DNA of 64,000 nucleotides. It comes from Felis catus. Taxonomy: Eukaryota. Made by a program: the position numbers and the translations under genes. The stretch is taken from NCBI RefSeq assembly GCF_018350175.1, contig NC_058382.1:17794001-17858000 (forward strand), read 5' to 3'. A model generated the notes under the pieces. That model searched no databases and was not told the origin of the DNA. It saw only the letters and a program-made list of their open reading frames with translations. Positions within the stretch are counted from its first letter, which is position 1; each line of letters begins with the position of its first letter. Shown here one piece after another: positions 12,236 to 23,500 of the stretch.

Positions 12236-12241
12236 TTTATT
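12236..12241 (-). terminator. ETV2 polyadenylation signal AATAAA overlapping the stop codon
   Basis: Minus strand reads CAA TAA AAA, followed by GT-rich sequence (GTCGTGTGTGCTG) about 25-35 nt downstream. Confidence 0.75.
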
Positions 12242-14618
12242 GGGTCGCTCCTCCCGGTCCACCTCCCGCGCAGTCGGTATGGGCCAGGCCGGGTACGCGG
12301 CCCCCGAAACGGTACGTGTACTTGCGCCCACCGCTCTTGCGCACGATGTCGCGGCGGTAGTAGTAGCGCAGGCCTCGGCTCAGCTTCTCGTAGTTCATGC
12401 CAGGCTTCCTCTTGCGCTCACCCCAGAGCCGCGCCACCTAGGACGGAGGCTGGGCTTAGTCTGAGAGTCCGGAGGGAGCCTGGCTAGGCAACAGACGCGC
12501 GGGGCGGGGGACGCGGTTTCGGGTACGTTTTGGGCAAGAGTTAGTCCCTTTAACTCCTGCGGGGGTAGAGATGAGTACGAGCTGGGGGGGGGGGGGGAGG
12601 TCAAGTGCTAGGCAAACTGCCTCGGCTAAATTGAACTGAAGGAGACTGGGGCGAGACTGGGGCGGGACTTGGCCGGTCTGGGAAGCTGCCCCACCTCTCT
12701 GGGGTCACACAGCTGGAACTCGCGGCTGTTGCCCGTCCAGCGGATGCAGTTGCTACGCTCCCCGTCTCGGAGCAGCTCCAGGAGGAACTGCCACAGCTGA
12801 ATGGGACCTGCGGAGTGCAGGCAGGTGAACACTCAGGCTTCCTAGCCCCGGACCAAGTCGCTTCGATGACCCATATGTCCGGGCTCCCTCGCCTCGAAGG
12901 TCCACGTGTCCGGTTTTCCCAACTCGGGGCCCAGAAGTCCATTCCCTTCGGGCCCAGCGAGTCCGGATCCCCCCATATAAGGATCCCCAGCATCGGCCTC
13001 AGGGACCCAGGCAGCCGGGGCCCCCATCTCTGAAACTTAGGAGTTTGGGTGCCACATCTTGGAGACCCAGATATCCAGACCCTCACCTCTTTCTTCTCAA
13101 CTAATCCAGGAGCATAGGTCTTTTGCTCCCTGGAAGACTACCAGTGTCTTAGTCCTCTCCTCCCCCAGGACTCACCATCACCACCTCTCTCGGACTCTTA
13201 GGTAACAGCCTCGCCCCCTCACTTCCAGTTTCCTGGGTCCCGCCCCTACGCGCCTAGGCCCCGCCTCATTAGATTCGGGTCTTGCGGACCCCTCACCTCG
13301 ATGGTTACTTTTGGGGTAACAAGCCAAGGTTACGTGGTCCGACTGCTGGCTGGGTTCAGAGGACGTGGTGAGATCTGAAGCCTGGTATCCCTTTGAAGAA
13401 GTGGTGCAGTCCGTATGCAGCCCCGAGACCCAGGAGGTGGTAGAGTCTGAGACCGCAGGTCCAACCCACGAAATGGTAGAGTCCGCGTGAGGCTCCCCGC
13501 GGAGGCCCTTGCCCCAGTAGGTGGCGCCGTCGAGACCAATAGAACTGTCCCAGTTGGTGGAGCTGGGGGCGGCCTGGGCACAAGACCACGAATTGGTCCC
13601 TCCCCCGGAGGTGGCACAGTTCTGATCCGCTGTCCCCGCAGAACCGGCGAAGGGGGCGGGGCCCAGGCCGGGAGGGGCGGGGCCCGGGGCCTGGGAGAAG
13701 CCGTTCCAGTGGTCCGAGCCGTTGCACGTCAAGTCTGTCCAGTCTCCCGACCACGGAAGAGCCTGACGGGCGGGATCTGTAAGGAGCAACAGATCTCAAG
13801 TGAGGGGAGCCTAGGTGTCCTGGTCTCTGGCCCGGGGGTTCTTGGAGTCTAAGCTCTAAGCCCTGGGGCCCTGGGCTCCCGGATCTAGGCCATGCCACCT
13901 CGAGGACACAGGTGTTTCCCGTCCTAGCCCCGTTCCCCTCAACGATCGAGTAGTTTAAACCTCCAGCTACGGAGGAGGACCCCAGTCCCTTTCTTCCCCC
14001 GCCTTTGTGTACACACTCACCCGCCTCCCATGTAGCTTCTGGATGCGTTAACGTGGAGCCCCAGTCCAGCGGTGAGAGCCCTGCGAGGGATAAGAACGGA
14101 GTTTAGGGAAGGTGTGAGCAGTGACTAGAGACGTCCCCTCGACCACTCACGCAGCAGTCTTTATTCTTCAGGGAATGAGTTATTACCTCCAGCCCCTACT
14201 CACGCATACCTAGAACTCAGGACCCTGGTCTCGTCCTCTTTCAACCTCAGGACTTCAAGCCCGCAGCCCTCCCCCCATTTTGCCTCCGGAGTCCAGGAGC
14301 ACACCCTTCCTCCCTCAGTCCCAGCAGCCCAGTCTCTCACCTTCCTCAGCTCCCAGGTGTCCCAGCCCAAAGCCACCTTTCCAGCGTGTCTCCACTGTCA
14401 GCGTGTCCCCTGGGAACGCCAGCTCAGGGAAATAAAAGCCGAGCTCAGCTCCTTCTGCAGGCAATGAGGAGGTTAGGGCTGGGTCGGGGTCAGCAGAGAC
14501 CCCCACCTGTGCACCCTCCCCATACAGTGACTCAGTGCAGCAGCCTACCCAGCCCTGAAAGCCTGTTCCCTGGGGGCACTTCCTGCGGTGAAGCTTCATC
14601 CCAGTTCCACAAGTCCAT
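12237..14618 (-). CDS. ETV2: ETS variant transcription factor 2; CDS join(14618-14549, 14454-14377, 14080-14021, 13776-13297, 12807-12695, 12437-12237), 1002 nt, 333 aa
   Basis: N-terminus [24 protein letters not shown]-terminal ETS domain [82 protein letters not shown]. All junctions are GT-AG and phases are consistent. Confidence 0.97.
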
Positions 14619-14879
14619 GGATGCTCCTTGTGAATGTTCTGGGCAGGGGAAAAAAGGGGAAGGGGTGAGCTGGTGACACTTAGGGACCTTGGAGTCTGGC
14701 TGGAGACTCCCTCAGACCCAGAAGTCCAGGCCTTTTGTTCCCTTCTTCCCTGAGACCCTGGAATCTTGGCCTCCAGTGTCCTTTTTTCTCAGACTAGGAG
14801 TAGGGGACCTCAGCCCTCTCCCTCCCTCAGACCCAAGAGTCCAGACCCCCAGACATCCAGTCCCCAGTTCATGGCTCAC

Positions 14880-14970
14880 CTCTGGCGGGTTTCTCTGTCC
14901 CTAGCCAGGGGTCTCAGCCCCATTTCATACCATGCACCCCCTCCCCTGGGGGCCGGGGCAGGGGGGGAAT
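14880..14970 (-). other. ETV2: Probable ETV2 non-coding exon 1 (5' boundary approximate)
   Basis: Donor GAG|GTGAGC at 14880/14879. Exon 2 acceptor CCCAG|AACATTC at 14638, 20 nt upstream of the ATG. Confidence 0.6.
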
Positions 14971-15365
14971 TTTCCGAGACGTCAGAGCTGGGGGTCGCAG
15001 CTGGGTCGAGTTGCAGGGACAGAGGCGGGGCCAAGCGTCGTCCCCCCCCACCCCCCACCCCCCTCAGGGATGGCCGTCCGCCGCCTCCTGACAGCTCCGG
15101 CTATCCTGTTGCGGGGATGGCTTGGACTTGGACAGGAGCTTGGGGAACAGCGGGCTGCGCGAGACCCGGGGTGCGGAGGGGAGTTTACGGGGTGATGGGG
15201 GTGGGGCGGGGGACTTGCTGGACAGGTTCTCCGTCTTGGGTCTTGATCCTGCGACATGGGGGGGGGGGAAGGGGGGAGGGTCTGGGGTCAGTTGGGTTGC
15301 GCCAGGCTTATCTACAACAGGAAGGGGGATTTCCGGCCAGACCCCAGGTCGGCCTACGTCACAAT
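14960..15365 (-). promoter_or_regulatory. ETV2 proximal promoter with CRE-like, NF-kB/NFAT-like, GATA and ETS motifs
   Basis: AGACGTCA 14977-14984, GGGAATTTTCC ~14965-14975, TTATCT 15308-15313, CAGGAAG 15318-15324, GGGGATTTCC 15325-15334, CTACGTCA 15354-15361, in GC/CpG-rich sequence. Confidence 0.6.
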
Positions 15366-18235
15366 CTGCAGGGGGACTGCGTGGGGGGTGGGGAGGAAGG
15401 ATATGGTTGGGGGAAGCTGACCCAGAATCCCCAACTGGGCAGAGTTGTCCCCTTCGAGGGCTTTGAGGACGACATTCTGGGGCTGCTCTAGAGGAGTGTC
15501 AATCATGGCAACAGCATCAACGATATAAATAATGACGACAGTACTTCTAATAGCTAACATTTATTGAGGGCTCATTGCCTGCCACCACTGTGTCACTGGG
15601 TTTTCACTTAATCGTTTTATGAGGTAGGTACTAGTCTTCATTTTATGAAAGGGGAAATTGAAACAGACTTCCTTCCACTTCTCTTCATGTCCAGAATCCA
15701 TGCCTTTCCATGCTATAATAGTTTGAGACAAATGGGGAAAATTTGAGTATGAACTGAATATGAGATATAGAATTACTCATTTTCTTAGATGTGATCATGG
15801 TATTATAACATGAATGATGTCTCTATAAGGAAATGGACACATATTTAGGGGCGAAGTGTTATGATGTCTGTAACTTCAAATGATTCGGCATCCCCCCCCC
15901 CCGCCCCCCACGTATACATATAACATATACATCTATACATGCAATAGTTGGGACATACTTATACTAAAAAATTATTTATTTGAGCTGAAAATTTAACTAG
16001 GTGTCCTGTATTTTTATTTCCTAAATCTGGTAAACCTAAACCCAGGTAGCTTGGCTTCAGAGCCTGTGGTTGTACCCATTATGCTGTATTAGTAAGTGTT
16101 TACCATTAAAAATAACCTCCTTAATAATGGGCATTTTTCAATATTCACCCTGCTTGACCATTAACCATTTACCATTCTGAGGGTAGGAGGATGGAGGTGT
16201 GAGCACTACTCTTCTGTTGGTGTTACATGAGGAAACTGGGCTTGAAAGGGGAGAGCCACTTCCCAGGGCACATGATGGGTGGGTGGTGTTGGGATTGGCT
16301 TCAGCATTGGGTGAGCAAAGAGCTCCCAGGCCACTGCTCCACCATCTATCTAACCCAAGGACCTGAAGGGTACCTTAACCTAGTGTTCCCCACCATGCCC
16401 CAGGCCTCCTCCCCCTGAAGCTGGTCTCTCTCCTGTGTGTCAGTCTCCATGACTCCCTACTCTAGGTTGGTGTCCCTGGCTCTGGGTCTCTGTTGCACCA
16501 GGCTTGATCCAGTGAGGCCTTGTCACCCAGTCTCTCCTGCTGAATCTCAGTCCCTTTCCTTCTCTCTCCTTACTTCCTTATCTCTCAAGTCTCCATCTCT
16601 CTCTCTCTCTCTCTGCGTTTTCTCCCCATCTTCCCTCCCATTGTACTGCCTTGACCTGCCATTCTCGCCTCTCCATCTGTCTCTCTCATCTCTGCTTGCC
16701 ACATCCTCTCCATCTCTGTCCATCTGGCTCCCAACCCCACCGAGCTTTCTTTCCCTTTCCTCAGGAAGACTTAAACACACACATTTAAAACTTCATTTTT
16801 GGAATCATTCTCTCTTCCCATCTCCTCCCTTGTTGCCCTCCCTGACTGAAGTGAGCAGAAGGGGGTCAGGAGCAGGGAGGGCTAGTGATGTGGGGATAGG
16901 GTCTGAGGGTCCTGGGGCTGGGTTGTCTGGCCCAGGTGACAGGGGGCTGAAGGACACTTCCTGTGAGGGAGGGAGACCCTCACCCTTCTAACCAGACTGG
17001 AAAATGTGACGTCAGAGAGGGAGCAGTAAGGGAGGAAGGCGGGAACAGAGGAAATTTGACACCTCTCCTGGGTAATCAGCTTCCTGAGAGGCCTTGGCAT
17101 TGTTTCCTTCCTCCTCTGAGTACCCCTTCTCAACCCAGGGTTCTGTTGGCTTTGGCCCTGGGAGACCCTCATCCCCTCCTCATGCTTGAATCATGGAGTA
17201 TCCCTCTTCTGCCTGGTCCCTGCCCTAGCCCCCTTCAGACCTCCAGTCCACAGCACGGCAGTGTCAGGGCTGTTTCTAAAGTGCAAATCTGATGCCAGTC
17301 CCCGCGTGAACTTGGTTTCAACTACTTAGGGCTTGCTGCTGCCTTCAAGGCAAAGTCTAAGCTCTTAGCCTAGTGTTCAAGATTCTGCTTGGACACTTCA
17401 GACAGGCAGAGTCAAGCTTGGGGCTGGGAAAAGAGAGACCTGCAGATGCAGAGAATAAAAACTCAGAGAGATACAGACACTTAGAGACAAGAAACAGAGG
17501 GGCACTCACAGAGACATTCAGGGAAATAGACACAGAGAAACACTCGAGGACGCCCACACAGATGTACGGCAAGAGAAGTTGGCTGGGGTTTGGCAGAGTG
17601 AAGAAACTGGAAAACAGTCTGAGATCCAGAGGATGAGAACTGCAGAAACTGGGAGAGAATGACACGAAGAGCATGAGACAGACGCAGAAGTGGCGAGTTC
17701 CTTCAGGAAGCCCTTCCTGACTGCCAGGTCAGCACCCTGGGCTCCACTATCCCAGTCCCGACCACTCTGGGCTCTCACTGTGTGGCAGTGGGCCTATCTT
17801 CTGCCACTGGACCATGTGCTCTGAGGGAACAGGGCCTGAGACTGCTTCAGTCACCATGCCCCCAGCACTGGCTAGGCCTTTGGTGAGGTTGCTGAATGGA
17901 TGAAAGCCTGGAAGGCTGTGGGCTCCAGAAGGCCTGGCCCAGAAGACCCCCTACCTTGGTGCTGAGAACACAAGCTGGAGTGAGAAGACAACGGGTCTGA
18001 GTCTCAGCTTGGCTTTGGCCTTGCTAAAAGCCTCTGCTTCCTCCTTTGTGGAATGGGCTGTACTCAGCACACACTTAGGAGGTTTCAGGAAGATGTGACA
18101 GGCACTGAAAATGCCCATTTACATGTTTGGCTAGGTAAACTTATAAAGCTCCCCACTATTTCCAGGTCTGGGGATGTCAAGCCCTGCTCCCCAAAGAGTG
18201 CTTCTAAGCCCAGCCAGGGATGGAAATAACGTAAA

Positions 18236-18241
18236 TTTATT
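18236..18241 (-). terminator. RBM42 polyadenylation signal AATAAA
   Basis: tttatt about 110 nt past the stop codon. Confidence 0.75.
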
Positions 18242-18351
18242 GAAACTGGTTTTGGGGAGGGTGGATGGGTGGATAGTTGGGGATCTTCCAAAGAGAACTG
18301 GGGGAAGAGCCAGCGCCCGGCCAGGTGGGAGCGGGTGCCTGGCCACAGACC

Positions 18352-20540
18352 CTATCTTAGGCCCAGTTTCTTCTTCTCCTTCTGCTTCTTGCGCACCACA
18401 TCCAGGTTCCGGTCCTTCCACATACTCTTGCGCAGCTTGATGGGGCGCGAGCCCACATACTTCCCTGTGGGAATGGAGGGTTCAAGGTCAGGCTTGGGGT
18501 CAGGCTTAGGCCAGATGCTGGTCACACCCACTGTCCCTAAGAGAGGCTTCACCTACCATTCATCTCACGCATGGCGCGCACATAGTCACTGGGGTCCTTA
18601 AAGCTGACGAAGCCATAGCCCTTGGTCTTGCCTGTGCGCTTGTCTCGGATCACCTTAGCCTTAAGGAAGGATGGGAAGCGGCTGAAGGCGCGTGCCAAGA
18701 TGTCATCGTTCACTTCATTGCCCAAATCCCCACAGAAGATCCGGAAATCATCTGGGGTTGGGAGAGAGGAGGTCAGAAGATGCAGATGCCTGGCCCCATG
18801 TCTGCCTTATTTAGATAGCCCCACCTTCTCTGAAGGCATCCCCCAAACCCTCCTCCCTCTATCCCCAGCGGTCTCTGCCTGGGGCCCTCTCAGTAACAAC
18901 AGCCAACACCTATATGGTATTTACCCTGTGCTAGACTCTGCTAAGTACTCATGAGGTTTTAACACATCCGGCACTCCCAACACCCTTTAACACAGAGGCA
19001 CAGAGCGGTCATGTCACCTGCCCAATGTTACTCAACTAGGAAGTGGCAGAGCTGGGACAAGAACTCTGGTACCTGACTCCAGAGTCCTCGCCTTTACCTC
19101 CCCACCCCAGAGCCATGTTCTCCATTCCCATGAATTAAGGCTCCAACTTTGTCCTAGCCAGGCTTCTCCTCTGAGCCCCCAGCATCCCTTGGTCCCCATG
19201 GATATCCCCTGGGCCCCTCACACCCATTTGCTTTAGAGAGAGCCCATTCTAATTCCCCCTTGAGTCTCTGAAACGTGAACACACTGTCGGATCCTTCTCC
19301 AAGGCTGACCTCAGCTTCCATTCCTGGGCATACCCTCTGGGCTGGACCTGAGCCAGACTGAATGTACTCAAGCCCAAAGAATCCCTTCCGCCACAAGGCA
19401 CATACTATTATTATCCCCTTGTTGGAGTGAGGAAAGGATAGAAAGGCTAAGTGACTTGCTCAAGATCACAGAACTAGGGGCTACAGCCCACACCGACCAT
19501 ACCTAGGCTGACATTGCCATGCCCTGGCCTGGAGCAGGTAGACAGTCCCAAAACAAGAGGCAGAAGTCAAGGACTCAGATGGGAGGTAGGGCTGTTTTCT
19601 CAGCTAGCACTGTGGCTGCCCCACAGCTTCTGTGGTGATTAAGGACACTCTCTAAGAACAAGTTAGGCCACTCTAAAGAGGAAATTATGTGGCAAACTCA
19701 GAGGGAGGGGCCTTCTTCAAAACAACTGGGCTGGACACTTCAAAACACTGTTACATATAAGACAAAATGGTAGGAGGGAAACCATTCTCCTTAAGAGATA
19801 ATCTAGAGACCTAAAACAGCATGCCTCCTGATCCATGGGAAAAGATGGCTACAACAGAATTTAGGAACAACTGGGGAAATTTAAATATAAAGGGAATATG
19901 AGATACCATAGAATTATCCTTCATTTGCTTAGGAATGTTAATGGTATTATGACACAAAACAGAATGCCACTTTTTTTTTTTAATTAAAAAAAAACTTTTT
20001 TTTTAATTAACGTTTTATTTATTTTTGAGACAGAGAGAGACAGCATGAACGGGGGAGGGTCAGAGAGAGAGGGAGACACAGAATCTGAAACAGGCTGCAG
20101 GCTCTGAGCTGTCAGCATGGAGCTCGATGCGGGGCTCAAACTCACAGACTGTGAGATCATGACCTGAGCCAAAGTTGGACGCTCAACCGACTGAGCCACC
20201 CAGGCGCCCCCAGAATGCCACTTTTCTTAGGAGAAGAATATTGAGGTATTTAGGAGTGAAGTGAGAACTTCATTTATAACTTGCTTCAAATGATTGAGCA
20301 AAATCCAAGAAACACACATACACATAGAAGGATAAAGTGAATACAGCAAAATGTTGTTTGCTGAATCTAGATGGTGGTTATATTTGGCTGTTCACTGTTA
20401 AATTCAGTGTTTAAAATTCTTCATCAGAAGGGGCGCCTGGGTGGCTCAGTTGGTTAAGCATCCGTCTCTTTGGCTCAGGTCATGATCTCACAGCCCCATG
20501 TCGGGCTCTGTCTGGGCTGATAGCATAGAGGCTGCTTGGG

Positions 20541-20594
<54 letters not shown>

Positions 20595-23500
20595 CCTCCT
20601 CTGTTTGCACATGCTCCCACATGTTCTCTTTCTCTCTCAAAATAAATAAACTTAAAATTGTTTTTTTCATAAGTTGGGAGAAAAAAGAACGTTCTTTTAT
20701 CTTTAGCAACTCAGGCAGAGGTCAGAAGGTTCTAGGTGCCAATAACCTCTACCAAATTCTGTCCAGTGGCTTAGATGAGGGCCTGCCCTTCAGAGCCAAT
20801 GTTTAGCCCTCCATGAGGTAGGCAAATAGCATGTGCCTGCCTTACAGAGAGGTGGCAGTTGTGGACCTACCCAGCTTACCCTCCCTGAGTCTGCCCCAAG
20901 GAGACCTTGGTGTGTCCTTGACTGAGCCCTGCACCTGGTGCCTGGCCCTGCACCTGGGCCCACTTACCTGCGTCCCACTCCAGCAGGCTGGGGTCCTCCC
21001 AGCTGCTCCCAGCTGCTGTGCGAATGCAGCGTTTCAATTTCTCTGGCTTCCCTTTCTTCTTGTCCTCACCCAAGGGCTCTGGGACCTGCAGAGGAAAGGG
21101 GATGGGGTGCAAAGGGCTTGGTGTTGGGAGTCTCCTGGACCGATATGTCCCCTTCAGACTCTCCCACTTTCTTTCACCCCTTGCCCTCCTACTTCCATAA
21201 TTAAACAACTAGATGTGCTTCTGGATGTGAGGTACATGTATCTGCCTCCTTCTCTCCCATGTCCTCCCAGCCCTTCCAATTTCCTGGTTCCCTCCTACCT
21301 TCATCGATAGAGGACTACATGTCTTTCTGGGTATAAAAGGCATGGGTTCCTGCCTGCTACCCCAGCCCTTTCTACTTGCTGCCCACCCCTGACTGCTATG
21401 CTCCCTGAGAGCTTACCTCAAGAGCCATGAGGCCAGGGGGTGGCTCAGGCCGTGGGGGCCGGGGTCGAGGACGCAGGGACAGGAGCTCAGGAATGCGCAG
21501 TGGGGGCAGTAGGCCTCGTACAACCTCCAGTGGGAGGGGCAGTGGCTCAGGCTCAGGCAAAGGCATGGCCAGGGCCAATGGCAGGCTGGGCCCAATGACT
21601 GCAGGGCCGGTGGGGGCGCCTCCTGCCCCAACAGCCACTGCTGCGCCAGCCTCCTCCAGCCCAGCTGCCGCTGCCACCACTGCCTCTTCCTTCTCTTTAA
21701 GGCCCAACCCCAGGCCTAGGCCCAGCTCTCGGGGTGTTGCTGGCTCTTCCTGTGGGCAAGGGCAGACAATGAGGGATGCCATTTCACAGGCTCAGACCTA
21801 ACTCCCATCCTATACAACAAAGCAAGGGCCTGAGGCCAGAAAGCAGACAAGAGACCTAAACAGAGAAAGGAGTCTCTAGTCAGAGACAGACACAGGGACA
21901 AAGACATCAGGACAGAAAAACAGAGAAGGACAATCAAGAGAAAAATAGAGATAGAGACAGAATAGAATAAAAACAGAGACAGAACCCAGTGCATGTGTTT
22001 CTCTCTCTATTTTCCTCACAAAAAGAAAGAAAAACAGACTCAGTCACCAAAAGAAATAGGGAAAGACAGAGACTGAGACAGAGTCAGAGAGTAAGAAGGC
22101 AGATTTAGACACAGCCTACCAGGCCAGGATTGAGCATCTCCCCACCCTTCACACCTTTGACCATTAGCTCCCTGTCCATACTTACCAGAGGAGGCCTCAG
22201 AGCAGCCATGGAGCCCAGGGGGGGCCCTGGGGCCCGAGCCATCGGTGGCAGCATCATAGGTGGTCCAGGGGGCCCAGGCAGAGGGGGGCCCACAAGGGCT
22301 TGGTGAGGGGGCCGCAGGGCCATAGGGCGGGGACCACCTGCTGCAGAAGAAAGAGCAGAATCTGTCAGGGTGTTAGTGGGGGAGTTGGANNNNNNNNNNN
22401 NNNNNNNNNNNNNNNNNNNNNNNNNNNNNNNNNNNNNNNNNNNNNNNNNNNNNNNNNNNNNNNNNNNNNNNNNNNNNNNNNNNNNNNNNNNNNNNNNNNN
22501 NNNNNNNNNNNNNNNNNNNNNNNNNNNNNNNNNNNNNNNNNNNNNNNNNNNNNNTGAGGTGAGGTGTGTGTGTGTGTAGGTACTCTCAGAATCCAAGAAA
22601 TCCTGGAGAAGAGTTTGGGGAACCTTCTGGGAGATGCAGGAGTCTTTCGATTTGTTCATTCAGCAAAAATTTACCACGGAACATCTCCTCTGGGCCGTCC
22701 CTGTTCTGGACAATAATAAGGACACACCAAAAGACCAAAAACTCTCAGGGATCTTCTGGTCCAGAGTAGGAGGGTGACAGCCCAGTGTGTCTCACCAGAG
22801 GGTGACAGCCCAGAGTGATCAGGGCCGGGATGGGGTAAAGCCCAGGCAGAGTGATCGGAACTAGAAGGGGGAAACCTGGGGAGTGGTGGGAGCCTGGAGG
22901 AGCCCTCTGACTTAGCCAGGGCGACTAGAAGCTTCCTGTGAGCTGAGACCCAAAGGATAATAAAGACCCAATTGCCTTTGGTCAGGCAAAGCGTGACTGT
23001 AAAGACTACTGGCAAGAAGAACATTTACGAACAAATTTTTTTCCCTTTTCAGTTTAGTATAAATTATAATAGCAGAAGTTGCAGTTTGGAGGGCATCATA
23101 AGAGAATGGTCAAGAGGACAGTAGGCATCCAAGAATAGTCTCATTGGCTGGACCATGAATGTCCTCCTGAGGGCACCAGGGAGCCATAGCAGGACTGGAA
23201 GCTGGCCAGGGTGACTAAATCAGATGTGCATTTTGATCAAAACCATACCAAAGAGTAAGAGATGTTAAGATTTCTCAAACGTCAGACAAAAAAGTTTAAC
23301 AGGATTTAAGTAACACAAGTTTGATCCAATACAGATCGTACCAGAACTTTACAGAACGTGTATCTTTTTCTTACGTATAAGGAAGTAGTGTCACAAAAAT
23401 TGACTGTAAAGGTCACCTCAACAAATGTAAGAATGACCCGTGGAGAGGATGGGGTTTAGTTGATTTTGGTTAACTTGATTCTGATTTGGGCAATAGGCTT

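Noticed and set aside
14766-15491. 241-aa plus-strand ORF and overlapping ORFs at the ETV2 5' end
   Set aside because: GC-rich promoter sequence that is naturally poor in stop codons; low-complexity Gly/Pro translation.
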